Below, piece after piece: positions 37,155 through 46,987 of a stretch of 64,000 nt of DNA. Every line of letters begins with the position of its first letter. Within the stretch, counting starts at the first letter, position 1. This DNA comes from Patescibacteria group bacterium (GTDB taxonomy: Bacteria > Patescibacteriota > Minisyncoccia > Phycocordibacterales > BOKC01): NCBI GenBank assembly GCA_038062955.1, contig JBBTWE010000001.1, positions 101,411 through 165,410 on the forward strand, given 5' to 3'. The notes under the pieces were generated by a model. It saw only the letters and a program-made list of their open reading frames with translations, was not told the DNA's origin and did not search any database. The translations under genes were made by a program, and so were the position numbers.

Positions 37155-38066
37155 TTATTTTTTAGGTATGACAAAATCTTTCACCAACTTTTCTATCTTT
37201 TTTAATTCTGAAGGCTCAAACCAATTTATTCTTTTATCTCTCTTAAACCAGGTTCTCTGTCTTTTTACGAAATGCCATATTTCTATTTGAAGACTACTTA
37301 CCATTTCTTTTTCTGTAATTTCTCCTTTCAAATATTTAGCTAAAAATTTATATTCGAGTCCCAACTCAATCATTCGTTTAAAAGACAATCCTTGTTCATG
37401 TAGAGTTCTGGCTTCTTCAATCATTCCGATTTTTATCCTCTCCATTAAACGAGTTCCAATTTTTTGTTTGAGAATTTCATCAGGCAAATCAAGTCCGATA
37501 AATAGGGGACTATACTTGAGAGAATCCTTTTTTAACACTGGGACACTTCCAATTTCTTTTGCTATTTCGATTGCTCTTATGAGGCGTCTCGGGTTTTGTC
37601 TCTCGATCGAATCAGCTCTTTTCGGATCTAATTTTTTTAGAATTTCAAAAAGCTCGGCGGGAGTTTTCTTGTCCAATTTCTTTCGCAGACTAATATTGGG
37701 GGAGACTTCAGGTAAAACTAAATTATCAACCAAGGCTTGAATATAAAATCCAGTACCTCCACAAATAATTGGAAGCTGACCTCTCTTTAAAATGTCCTCA
37801 ATTGCTTTTTCTGCTTTTTCCTTAAAATCTGTAACACTAAATTTTCGTTTCGGATTTGCAATATCTAAAAGATGGTGGGGAACACCCATCATCTCTTTTT
37901 CCGTGATTTTCCCTGAACCAATATCAAGACCTTTATACACTTGTCTCGAATCAGCCGAGATTATTTCTCCGTTAAATTTTTTGGCAATTTGCACAGCCAA
38001 ACTACTCTTTCCGGTTGCGGTCGGACCTAGTATCACTATTATTTTAGGTTTTAATTCATTATTCAT
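37155..38066 (-). CDS. miaA: tRNA dimethylallyltransferase
   Basis: GPTATGKS, SADSRQVY, GGTGFY, KRQRTWF; ATG at 38066. Confidence 0.97.
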   Translation of the reverse strand: MNNELKPKIIVILGPTATGKSSLAVQIAKKFNGEIISADSRQVYKGLDIGSGKITEKEMMGVPHHLLDIANPKRKFSVTDFKEKAEKAIEDILKRGQLPIICGGTGFYIQALVDNLVLPEVSPNISLRKKLDKKTPAELFEILKKLDPKRADSIERQNPRRLIRAIEIAKEIGSVPVLKKDSLKYSPLFIGLDLPDEILKQKIGTRLMERIKIGMIEEARTLHEQGLSFKRMIELGLEYKFLAKYLKGEITEKEMVSSLQIEIWHFVKRQRTWFKRDKRINWFEPSELKKIEKLVKDFVIPKK

Positions 38067-38100
38067 TTTATAAAAAAAAGCTCCTGAAGTCGTAAAACTG

Positions 38101-38445
38101 TTAGGAGCTCTCATGGATTGTAGGTCTTGGCACTCTACCTCTCAAGTTTTGCAACATCAGATTCTTCATTATCTGCCTTTTTTTCAGTTTGTAATGAAAA
38201 AACTGAAAAATGATAATCGAACCAAGACCGATTCCTGGCACTGCAGACCATAACAATACGTTGTTTTGGTGGATCCATCCGTATACACCCATAGACACAA
38301 GAGAACATGCTCCAAGAAAGTAGAGGAGTGGATGAATCGCTTCTGTGCTCTTTGGATCGCGATAATTCTTCCACACTTGCGCTGAGAACCCGACAAGATA
38401 GAGAAGAATGGTTGAAACAACGACAAACACTTCTGAAGTATCCAT
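38101..38445 (-). CDS. PQ-loop/SemiSWEET-like 3-TM protein
   Basis: AQVWKNYR..KST..I, VYGW, three TMs. Confidence 0.65.
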   Translation of the reverse strand: MDTSEVFVVVSTILLYLVGFSAQVWKNYRDPKSTEAIHPLLYFLGACSLVSMGVYGWIHQNNVLLWSAVPGIGLGSIIIFQFFHYKLKKRQIMKNLMLQNLRGRVPRPTIHESS

Positions 38446-38589
38446 ACCAATCCTAATGGTAATTTGTTTCTGAAGAACTTATCATCGGAACGTCCGATAA
38501 TTTCTGCCATTCAGGTTGTATTATTTGCCCACAAAAGTCAACGCATAAAAAAAGCGCGCATACCACTAGGGTTGCGCGCCGGGGAACTC

Positions 38590-39288
38590 TCATGGACCAG
38601 TTCCAAAGTACTCTCCAAAGCCGCTAGAGTTCATCTCGATGATTCCCACAGTGGAGAGTAGGAACATCAATGGTCCACTGACCACAAGCATGAGACCAAA
38701 CCCGTAAAATAGCAGTCCGGCAATCCAGATTGCCACTGCAGGCAGGAAGACTCTCATGACATTCTGAACGTGACTCTTCGAGCCTAGGAGTCTCATCGTT
38801 TCTGGGTCACGGACATGCTCTACCAAGGAAGGCTTCCACTTGGCTTCTGCCACTATTTGGCCCAAGACTTCGCAGATGATACGGCAGTCGAGATTTATCC
38901 GCGGACGACCACCATCGTTTCGTAGTCGCGGGTTTGTAATCTCGAACCGGTATTGGTAGGTATCTCCCAAACGGAGTGGGGCGAAGTATTTTACCTCACC
39001 GTAGCCACGCGTGATGATCTCCACAGGTGTTTCGAGCAGTCTCGGTAGTAGTTCGACAAACTGTCCTTCTGCTCGTGCCAAAACACCTACTCCATGAGAC
39101 ACGGTCCCTTGGAAGAACGATTTTTTGGAAAAAGCAGATTGGCAGTGGGCGGGATTCCAATCTCCTCCTGCTAGCGAATGAAGAAGAATGTGCCATCTTC
39201 CTAAACGCTTTGGTTTCGAAGTGAACACAAGCGATTGTGGTTTTTGAAGCCACTCACACAAATGTCCGACAGACTTGAAACGGTGCAC
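38590..39288 (-). CDS. MaoC-like hotdog-fold dehydratase with C-terminal TM segments
   Basis: GGDWNPAH...F.KKS.F.G.VSHG, YFAPLRLGDT; SD AAGGAG before GTG 39288. Confidence 0.75.
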   Translation of the reverse strand: MHRFKSVGHLCEWLQKPQSLVFTSKPKRLGRWHILLHSLAGGDWNPAHCQSAFSKKSFFQGTVSHGVGVLARAEGQFVELLPRLLETPVEIITRGYGEVKYFAPLRLGDTYQYRFEITNPRLRNDGGRPRINLDCRIICEVLGQIVAEAKWKPSLVEHVRDPETMRLLGSKSHVQNVMRVFLPAVAIWIAGLLFYGFGLMLVVSGPLMFLLSTVGIIEMNSSGFGEYFGTGP

Positions 39289-39491
39289 TAGGTCTCCTTT
39301 TGAAGGTTCAGGTCTTGGTTTTACTGGTTGTCCAGTTCTAATGTCCAAAATAACACATCTTAATAAAAAAGTAAAGCCTTGTATCAAGGCGGCACACATT
39401 GATCTTGTAAATTTAAATAGAAGAAAACCACCAGAGGTCTTGCGACGTGGTGGTTTTTGACCGAGTGCGAAGCTCGGTGGTCGAGGTTGTC

Positions 39492-39743
39492 TCAGCGAGG
39501 TCCGACACGCCAACCGAGCATACCCTCGACTTGGACCGGCTCGACCAGGCTAGCGGTGGTGAACTTGAGCCCACCAAGACTGCGGAATGAGCTGATCCGC
39601 ATCGTGGCGCCGGATTGGATGTCTTCCACGAAGATCTCGCTCATGTGGTTCCTGTAAACCCGCACGAGACCATTCTCGAAAAGAACAGGGAACATCTCGC
39701 TGTCGTGCTCGTGCCTCGCTGTCGTCGTGGTCTGTTGTGTCAT
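39492..39743 (-). CDS. orphan 83-aa protein
   Basis: TTGACT-N17-TATCCT promoter, SD AAGGAGG, high GC, downstream hairpins. Confidence 0.75.
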   Translation of the reverse strand: MTQQTTTTARHEHDSEMFPVLFENGLVRVYRNHMSEIFVEDIQSGATMRISSFRSLGGLKFTTASLVEPVQVEGMLGWRVGPR

Positions 39744-39832
39744 GCGGTACCTCCTTGGTTGGGTTTGTGGTCTTGCTAGAGGATACTACAACTGGTCAAA
39801 AAAGTCAAGGGCTATATTTTGGACATCAAAAA

Positions 39833-39919
39833 TGGTGCCGCTGGTCGGACTCGAACCGACACGGGGTTTCCCCCTCAACATTTTGAGTGTTGCGTGTATA
39901 CCAATTTCACCACAGCGGC
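39833..39919 (-). tRNA. tRNA-Leu(CAA), CCA encoded
   Basis: GCCGCTG/CAGCGGC-ACCA, CAACA-CTCAAAA-TGTTG. Confidence 0.93.
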
Positions 39920-40050
39920 GTGAATATGACTATTCTACCCTAAAAAAACCGAAAATCAATTTAATTTGTCCCGCAATAAGTCTTCAGAAGACTTTTTGAT
40001 TTTTGTATGATCATGATAAAATAAAGAGAACTAAATCTTGAAAATCAGCC

Positions 40051-41043
40051 ATGGCATCTCAATTTTATAACAATTCAGTTTTTTGGATAGAAGTTGATAA
40101 GATCAAACCAAATCCTCATCAGCCACGAAAAGAGTTTGATGAAGGACAGCTTCGAGGTCTCGCGGACTCTATAAGGCAATATGGCGTGCTTCAGGCACTT
40201 GTCGTTACTCGCCAAGAAATTCCAAAAGAGGATGGTGGTCTTGCTGTTGAATATGAATTAGTTGCAGGAGAGAGAAGACTCCGAGCCTCAAAACTCGCAG
40301 GGCTTTCCCAAGTGCCGGTTTTAATTCGAGTTGTTGAAGATTCGGATTTGATGAAACTCGAGCTTGCGATTATCGAAAATATTCAAAGGGAAGACTTAAA
40401 TTCAGTCGACCGCGCTCGGGCATTTGCTCGTCTCGCAGAAGAATTCAAATTCAAACATCACCAGATTGCTGACAAGGTGGGAAAGAGTAGGGAATACGTT
40501 TCTAACAGTCTTCGAATTTTGTCCCTGCCAGAAGCGATTCTACAAGCCTTAAGCGAAGGAAAAATCACAGAAGGTCATACTAGACCTCTTCTCATGCTAA
40601 TCGATAGGCCGGCGGAACAAGACACATTGTTTAAAGAAATCGTGGCGAGACAACTTACAGTGCGTGAAGCTGAAGCAATTTCTCGTCGTATTGCTTTTGA
40701 TAAGATTCGCAAAAAAGATATAGATCCTTTGACTCAAGCGATTGAACAAGAGTTAAGTAGTACTTTAGGAACCAGAGTCCACATTGAGAGAGGGGAGAAT
40801 GGCGGCAAAATTTCCATTGATTTCTTTTCTGAAGATGAGCTTGATGGAATTTTAAATGTGATTCAGAAAGAAAAAAGCGAGAAAGTTAAAAGTTTAGAAC
40901 AAGCTAGAGACGCGCAGAAAGCAGAGCTTTCCGATGCGCCAGTGATTCTTACTTCCGAAACAGCTCTATTAGACGATCGCTCAAAAGAAGAGAAAGAGGA
41001 GAGTGATGAGGAGTTGTATTCTATAAAAAACTTTTCCATATAG
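40051..41043 (+). CDS. parB: ParB/Spo0J partition protein
   Basis: PNPHQPRK.F, LVAGERRLRA, ENIQREDL, HTH GKSREYVSN. Confidence 0.95.
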   Translation: MASQFYNNSVFWIEVDKIKPNPHQPRKEFDEGQLRGLADSIRQYGVLQALVVTRQEIPKEDGGLAVEYELVAGERRLRASKLAGLSQVPVLIRVVEDSDLMKLELAIIENIQREDLNSVDRARAFARLAEEFKFKHHQIADKVGKSREYVSNSLRILSLPEAILQALSEGKITEGHTRPLLMLIDRPAEQDTLFKEIVARQLTVREAEAISRRIAFDKIRKKDIDPLTQAIEQELSSTLGTRVHIERGENGGKISIDFFSEDELDGILNVIQKEKSEKVKSLEQARDAQKAELSDAPVILTSETALLDDRSKEEKEESDEELYSIKNFSI

Positions 41044-41175
41044 AACTTCCAAATTCAGCGCATCCCATCGTTGCTCGCGCCTGATTTTTGCCATTCAAAA
41101 ATCATGTCGTAAGATTTTCTACAACATAGTTGTGGAAAATTTACGACTGATCTGCATCCAAATTTGAAAGTTCTA
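41041..41175. repeat. TAGAAC..GTTCTA element carrying the GATTTTTGCC..CAAAAATC module
   Basis: ends match the family at 24906 (reverse orientation); interior matches 25891-25955; supplies the parB stop TAG. Confidence 0.8.
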
Positions 41176-41218
41176 ATAAAAAAAGAGCCTTGTGAAATGA
41201 ATCTCACAAAAGGCTCTG

Positions 41219-41398
41219 TTACTCTATCTCTTTGGGTTCATTGAGTACGGTTAGAACCCCGAAGATAACCGCCAAAAAGACCAATAAGGTCATCCTTGTC
41301 ATGTTGTTGTCGTTAGCCGACACTATGGCGGAAGCGCCGCACAAAATGCATAGACCAAAGGAAATATTGGCCGAGAGATTGGATGGCACAGATCTCAT
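41219..41398 (-). CDS. 59-aa two-TM protein (below the ORF-track cutoff)
   Basis: MRSVPSNLSANISFGLCILCGASAIVS...; ATGA overlap with the upstream stop; terminator ~41178-41216. Confidence 0.6.
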   Translation of the reverse strand: MRSVPSNLSANISFGLCILCGASAIVSANDNNMTRMTLLVFLAVIFGVLTVLNEPKEIE

Positions 41399-41607
41399 TT
41401 TTCTGATGGGTTAGGGGTGTCGATTGGCACTACCATGGCCAATACCATAATGACGCCGAAGCCGGAGATGATTGTCCAAAATATGCCAGTGTCTATCATT
41501 TCCTTATCACCACCGAGCATCAGTTCCATAAGACAAAAACTCGCACTTCCGGCGAATCCGATGACGAACAGCGAAAGCAGATAGAAGTTTATCTTTCCCC
41601 AGCTCAT
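41395..41607 (-). CDS. 70-aa two-TM protein
   Basis: two hydrophobic helices. Confidence 0.65.
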   Translation of the reverse strand: MSWGKINFYLLSLFVIGFAGSASFCLMELMLGGDKEMIDTGIFWTIISGFGVIMVLAMVVPIDTPNPSEK

Positions 41608-41650
41608 GGTTCTTCTCGGTGGTTAGGGTTTGACGAGGGGGTACGCGATT

Positions 41651-41842
41651 TCATGCTCTATCGCTTTGTTTCGGTCTTATAACGACGAGCACAGCAACTA
41701 CTACCAAAACAGCCATAAGCACCGAGCTTACTGTTGTTCCGGTCCAATCTTGTTTCGTTATATAATTGAACGCTAAACAAAGCATAGAAACACAGGCGAT
41801 GACACACAAAACAGACAGTGTTGTCCTGCACTTCTTACCCAT
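41651..41842 (-). CDS. 63-aa two-TM protein
   Basis: ATG 41842 after BoxA-like AGCTCTTTGG; two hydrophobic helices. Confidence 0.65.
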   Translation of the reverse strand: MGKKCRTTLSVLCVIACVSMLCLAFNYITKQDWTGTTVSSVLMAVLVVVAVLVVIRPKQSDRA

Positions 41843-41984
41843 GGTTTTTTCCAAAGAGCTGTTACCACGATCCCGTCGTGGCACGGATTCCTGAAGACTT
41901 CAGAAATTCTTTAAGCATGCTACAACTTGTATTTTCTGTGTCAAGAAAGATGTGTCTTTAATGTCTCTAAATTTCCTTAATCCT

Positions 41985-43508
41985 CTACTTCTGTTTATCC
42001 AGTGCCATTTTTATCTGCTTTTGAGCGAAGCTGGTTTTGGCAACCTGAAGCCATTTTTCTGAAGGGTGACTATTAGGTTTTGTTTGTATTTCTATAACAT
42101 CGCCATTTTGAAGTTTGGTATCAAGCGCAACAAATTTAGCATTTACTTTCGCTCCAAAAATATGATTGCCGATATCAGAGTGAATAGCATAGGCAAAATC
42201 TATCGGGGTTGATTCTATTGGAATATCAAGCACGTCTCCTTTTGGTGTGAAAACAAAAATTCTTTCTTTGAAGAAATCCGCTTTTAAATTTTCAATAAAT
42301 TTTTCACCGTGTGAAGATAACTGAAATTCTGCCAATTCTTTAACCCATCTGGGAACATCTTCCACTCCATTTTTTTCTTTATCTTTATTTCCTCTAAAAA
42401 AATCCAATCTAAAAGGCAGGAGTTTAAAAACCCATGCTAACCCAGAGTTTTCCTTATCCGCTTTTTCTTTGTAAGAAAGATGAGAAGCAACTCCAAATTC
42501 CGCCTCTTTGTGCATTTGAAGAGTTCTAATTTGAATTTCTACAATTCCTGTTTCACCAGTAAAAACGGTGGTGTGGATACTTTGATAACCATTTGGTTTT
42601 TTTGAAGCTATATAGTCTTTTATCCTTCCAGGAAGCGGTTTCCATAAGCTGTGAATAATTCCCAAAACTTTATAGCAATCTATTACTTCTCCCACAATAA
42701 TTCGGAGAGCCGAAATGTCATAGATTTTTTCAATATCCATGTCATGTTTCTTGAGTTTATTGTAAAGACTATAAAGCCCCTTTAGGCGGTAATCTGTTTT
42801 CAGAACTTTAATATTTTCTTCTCCAAATTTTTTCTGCAGGGTACGATAAACTTTCTCCAGTTTTTTTTGGGTATCGCTCCCTCTGTGTTTCATGAGCTCT
42901 TTTACTTTTTTGTAGTCTTCTGGAAAAACAAAAGGGAAGGCTGAATCTTCAAGTTGTTTTTTTAGATAGCCGATACCCAATCGATTTGCAATTGGCGCGA
43001 AAATTTCCAAAGTTTCTTCCGCGATTTCCTTTCGCTCACTTTCGGTATGGGAACCCAGCAATGCCATTTGAGCCAGCCTTAGGGCGAGCTTTATGATAAT
43101 CACTCTAATATCTTGCGACATTGCTACAAAGAGCTTGCGGAGCCCTTCCTGATGCTTTTTAACCCCATGGTATTTTAATTTTCGAAGCTTGTTTACTCCT
43201 TCAATAAGAAAAACCATTTCTTCTCCAAATTCTTTTTTTAAAATATCACTTGTTACTTTGGGGTTTTCTAGGACGGCATGAAGAAGTCCTGCGGCGATAG
43301 TTTGGCTACTGCCGTCGATGGACGCTAAGATTTTAGCTGTTTCGTACGAATGAATAAAATGTGGTTCACCAGAAATTTGTAGAATTTCTTCGTGGGTTTC
43401 TTTTGCAAATTCAAAAGCGTGAACTACAAGATCGATATCTTGCTTTTCTCGTTTATTCATTAGGTCGATAATATCTTGGGGAGAGATTTTATCTATTTCA
43501 ATCTTCAT
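41985..43508 (-). CDS. rel: long RelA/SpoT homolog (degenerate HD, synthetase, TGS; no ACT domain)
   Basis: KDYIA..KPNGYQSIHT, EIQIRT, TGS FTPKG..DFAYAIHS. Confidence 0.93.
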   Translation of the reverse strand: MKIEIDKISPQDIIDLMNKREKQDIDLVVHAFEFAKETHEEILQISGEPHFIHSYETAKILASIDGSSQTIAAGLLHAVLENPKVTSDILKKEFGEEMVFLIEGVNKLRKLKYHGVKKHQEGLRKLFVAMSQDIRVIIIKLALRLAQMALLGSHTESERKEIAEETLEIFAPIANRLGIGYLKKQLEDSAFPFVFPEDYKKVKELMKHRGSDTQKKLEKVYRTLQKKFGEENIKVLKTDYRLKGLYSLYNKLKKHDMDIEKIYDISALRIIVGEVIDCYKVLGIIHSLWKPLPGRIKDYIASKKPNGYQSIHTTVFTGETGIVEIQIRTLQMHKEAEFGVASHLSYKEKADKENSGLAWVFKLLPFRLDFFRGNKDKEKNGVEDVPRWVKELAEFQLSSHGEKFIENLKADFFKERIFVFTPKGDVLDIPIESTPIDFAYAIHSDIGNHIFGAKVNAKFVALDTKLQNGDVIEIQTKPNSHPSEKWLQVAKTSFAQKQIKMALDKQK

Positions 43509-43522
43509 TATAAATTTTGAAT

Positions 43523-45694
43523 TTAGTCTTTGTTTAGTTTATGCGGATTATGGTTAGGGCAGGTTTTGTCGCTGCAACGTTCGGGAATGGTTTTTGTGCC
43601 AGCCATCATTAGAGCTCCGCACATAGAACATTTTGCTCCAGTCGGTTTTGCTTTGATGGTAAATTTACACTTAGGATAATTGGTGCATGCGTAGAAGATA
43701 CCAAACCTACCTTTTTTTTCTGTTAATACTCCATCACTACATTGTGTACATTTAACTCCCGTAGAATTCTTTCTTTCTTGTTCGGGATCTTTTTTTATAT
43801 ATTTGCACTTTGGGTATTTGTTGCATGAGATGAATCTGCCGAACTTACCATCTCTTTCAATCAGTTTTCCATCTTTACATTCCGGGCACGCTTCGCCTGT
43901 TTCCTTCGGTCCCTCAAGTTCCTTTCCGTCAATTGTTCTTGCACCATTACAATCAGGAAATTTCTTACAACTTAAAAACTTGCCAGCCTTGCCCAGCTTT
44001 ATAATCATGGCTTCACCGCAAACTGGGCATTTAAATTCTGCCGGCGCGTCTCCCAAGTTGGTAGCTTTTTCTAATTTTTGTTTTTCTTTTATTTCTTTCG
44101 AAAAAGGTTTGTAGAAATCTTTTAAAGTTTTTTCATACCCGCGTTTGCCTTCCGCGATAAGGTCGAGACTATCTTCCATTTCGGCAGTGAAAGAATCGCT
44201 GATATAGCTCCCAAAATTTGTTTCAAGAAATGAACTTACCACATCTCCAGTGTCGGTAGGATGCAGACTTTTGTTTATTTTTTCCACATAACCGCGATCT
44301 TCAATGGTTTTAATGATGGAGGCGTAAGTAGAAGGTCGGCCGATGCCTCTTTTTTCAAGTTCCTTAACCAAACCGGCTTCTGTATACCTTGGTAATGGTT
44401 CAGTTTCTTTTTCTTCTGAATTTATTTCAACAAGTTTCAACTCCTCGTCCTTTTTAAGCTCTGGTAAAATAACATCTTCTCCTTTTGCTTCCGGATCTCC
44501 ACGAAGCCATCCGTCAAAAAGAATTCTAGAACCATTTATGAAAAAATCAGGAATTTGTCCTTCATTTATTTTAGTTGTGACTTTAGTTCGAAGAATTTTA
44601 GCATCGCTCATTTGAGAAGCGATTGTTCTTTGCCAGATAAGTCTATACAACCTATTTTGTTCTTCGTTATTTCCAGCGTTTTCCACTCCAATATTTGTAG
44701 GTCGGACTGCCTCATGAGCTTCCTGGGCACTCTTGCTTTTTTTGGTGTAGATTCTTGGAGAGTTGTATTCTTTGCCAAATTTTTTATCGATTATGTCGCT
44801 AATCTGACTTTTTGCCCCAGCGCTTAAAGTGGTGCTATCAGTTCTCATGTATGTAATGAATCCTGCCTCATATAATTTTTGAGCAACTCCCATTGTTTTG
44901 GAAGGCGAAAATCCTAGGCGAGAACTGGCTGATTGTTGAAGGGTTGAGGTGATGAATGGCGCTTTGGGAGATCTTTTTGCTTCTGTTTCTTTAATTTCTG
45001 AAATAATCCATTTTCCTTTTTTCCCAACTTCTAAAATTTTTAATACTTCAGCGTGGTCGGTTGGTTCTTCAGAACAAGTCAAAATAAAACCAACATTTTT
45101 TTTATTTTGGACGGAGGCCGTGATCACCCAAAACTTATTGCTTTTAAAAGCTCGAATTTCACGCTCTCGTTCCATTATTATTCGGAGAGCGGGGGATTGA
45201 ACGCGTCCAGCCGAAAGGCCGTATCTAACTTTTTTCCAGATAAGTCCGGAGAGATCATAGCCCACGAGCCTATCAAGAACACGCCTAGCTTCTTGAGCAA
45301 TACGTAAATTTTGATCTATGAGGCGAGGGTTTTTAATTGCTTCTAGAATCGCTTCTTTGGTGATTTCGTGATAAACAACTCTTTTGGGGTTTTTAATATT
45401 TGCGGCTTCTGCAATATGCCATGCGATTGCTTCGCCTTCGCGGTCGGGGTCGGTTGCAAGATAGACGATTTCACTTTTTTTTGCAGCTTCTTTTATCTCG
45501 TCGATTATTTTTTCTTTTCCTTTTACAGTTTCGTAATGGGGAATAAAACCACCCTCGATGTCGATGGCTTTTTTGTTGCTTTTAGGTAGATCTCGAATGT
45601 GTCCCACAGAAGACGTTACAATAAAATCTTTTCCAAGATATTTTGAAATTGTTTTTGCTTTGGCGGGGGATTCAACAATAAATAAATTAGGCAT
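43523..45694 (-). CDS. topA: DNA topoisomerase I
   Basis: IVESPAKAKTI, DPDREGE, ITYMRTD, C-terminal Zn ribbons. Confidence 0.98.
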   Translation of the reverse strand: MPNLFIVESPAKAKTISKYLGKDFIVTSSVGHIRDLPKSNKKAIDIEGGFIPHYETVKGKEKIIDEIKEAAKKSEIVYLATDPDREGEAIAWHIAEAANIKNPKRVVYHEITKEAILEAIKNPRLIDQNLRIAQEARRVLDRLVGYDLSGLIWKKVRYGLSAGRVQSPALRIIMEREREIRAFKSNKFWVITASVQNKKNVGFILTCSEEPTDHAEVLKILEVGKKGKWIISEIKETEAKRSPKAPFITSTLQQSASSRLGFSPSKTMGVAQKLYEAGFITYMRTDSTTLSAGAKSQISDIIDKKFGKEYNSPRIYTKKSKSAQEAHEAVRPTNIGVENAGNNEEQNRLYRLIWQRTIASQMSDAKILRTKVTTKINEGQIPDFFINGSRILFDGWLRGDPEAKGEDVILPELKKDEELKLVEINSEEKETEPLPRYTEAGLVKELEKRGIGRPSTYASIIKTIEDRGYVEKINKSLHPTDTGDVVSSFLETNFGSYISDSFTAEMEDSLDLIAEGKRGYEKTLKDFYKPFSKEIKEKQKLEKATNLGDAPAEFKCPVCGEAMIIKLGKAGKFLSCKKFPDCNGARTIDGKELEGPKETGEACPECKDGKLIERDGKFGRFISCNKYPKCKYIKKDPEQERKNSTGVKCTQCSDGVLTEKKGRFGIFYACTNYPKCKFTIKAKPTGAKCSMCGALMMAGTKTIPERCSDKTCPNHNPHKLNKD

Positions 45695-45767
45695 TTGTAT
45701 TCATTACTACTATAGAGGAAGTTAAAAGTCAAAAAAGAAATACAATTTATAAAGAAATTTTTTAGAT

Positions 45768-45975
45768 AAAAAATTAGCCCCCGACCAGCAAGCTGGCCAG
45801 GGACTTAAGAGGAATCGCTAATTTCTTTGTAGCTTCATACAGAGTATGACCACCAAACAGGAAGAAAGAATGCCATGAGGAGGTTTTGGTTTTCACCACC
45901 CTCCCTACTGCCCCCTCCGAAGAGAGAGCCAGAATCATCCCTAAAACTGTTTGGATTTCTGCGACTCCTATACGT
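45768..45975 (-). ncRNA. candidate structured ncRNA (~205 nt)
   Basis: TTGACA-N16-(TGC)TATCAT promoter, long 5'/3' stem, UUCG and GAAA tetraloop hairpins, terminator. Confidence 0.5.
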
Positions 45976-46064
45976 GACATGATAGCATACCTATAATTTT
46001 TGTCAATAGGAAATTTGCACACTTATCCCTTGACAACAAAACAGCCATTTGCTAAGATGGATGT

Positions 46065-46931
46065 ATGGCAAAAGAAACCAAATATTCAATAAGAGATTTA
46101 AAGAGGGATTTCCCTACAGACGAAGCCTGTTTAGCCTTGATATTTGATACCCTACATAGCCGTAAATGCTCATGTGGAGGCGAATACAAGCAAGTTAAAG
46201 GCCGTAAGCAGTTCTACTGCTCTAATTGCCGTTATCAAATAGCCCCTACTGCAAATACAATCTTCAATAAGTCAGATACTCCACTATCTTTGTGGTTTCA
46301 TGCAATCTTTATATTCTCAAACGCTAAGAGCGGTATTTCCGCAAAAGAAATGGAAAGACAGCTCGGTGTTACCTACAAGTGTGCTTGGAGGATTCTTTCT
46401 ATGATTAGAAAGTCCTTAAAGCAAGACAACACCAAACTTAAAGGCGAAGTCGAGATAGATACTGGTTTCTTTGGGGGTAAAGGATATGGTGGAGAAAACA
46501 ACGAACGATTAAGTCATGTCATGACGAAGAAATCTATTGTTAACGTAGCCGTAGAAAGAGGTGGAAAGATTAAGGCAGAAATCATACCCGTAGCTTCTGC
46601 TCAAATCATGGAATCTTTTATCAAAAGAAACATTGAATCAAAAGCTACAAAGATATTCACTGATACCAGTGCTGTGTATGTGAGGAGCGATATAGTTTAC
46701 AAACGAGAATCTGTAAATCACTCTAAGAAAGAATACGTTAGAGGCAAAGCCCACGTTAATACTGTGGAGACATTTTTCTCGCATTTAAAGCGAAGTATAA
46801 AAGGTACATTCAAAGCTATTTCGAAACAGCATTTACAGTCTTACTTGGATGCTTTTGTCTTTCATTACAACAACCGAGGCAACGACAATCAGCGTTTCGG
46901 GGTTTTATTGAATACTTTATTGCGTGCTTAA
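46065..46931 (+). CDS. IS1595 (ISXO2-like) transposase
   Basis: Zn ribbon CSCG..CSNC, HTH, VEID, IFTD, HVNTVETFFSHLKR. Confidence 0.93.
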   Translation: MAKETKYSIRDLKRDFPTDEACLALIFDTLHSRKCSCGGEYKQVKGRKQFYCSNCRYQIAPTANTIFNKSDTPLSLWFHAIFIFSNAKSGISAKEMERQLGVTYKCAWRILSMIRKSLKQDNTKLKGEVEIDTGFFGGKGYGGENNERLSHVMTKKSIVNVAVERGGKIKAEIIPVASAQIMESFIKRNIESKATKIFTDTSAVYVRSDIVYKRESVNHSKKEYVRGKAHVNTVETFFSHLKRSIKGTFKAISKQHLQSYLDAFVFHYNNRGNDNQRFGVLLNTLLRA

Positions 46932-46987
46932 GGATGGAGAGGAATTTGGATTTAGTCATAATTTTGTATATAATGGCATAAAAATCT

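Noticed and set aside
39289-39513. N-terminal 75 aa of the 307-aa ORF in the track
   Set aside because: It spans the terminator and promoter; SD plus GTG at 39288 is the more plausible start.
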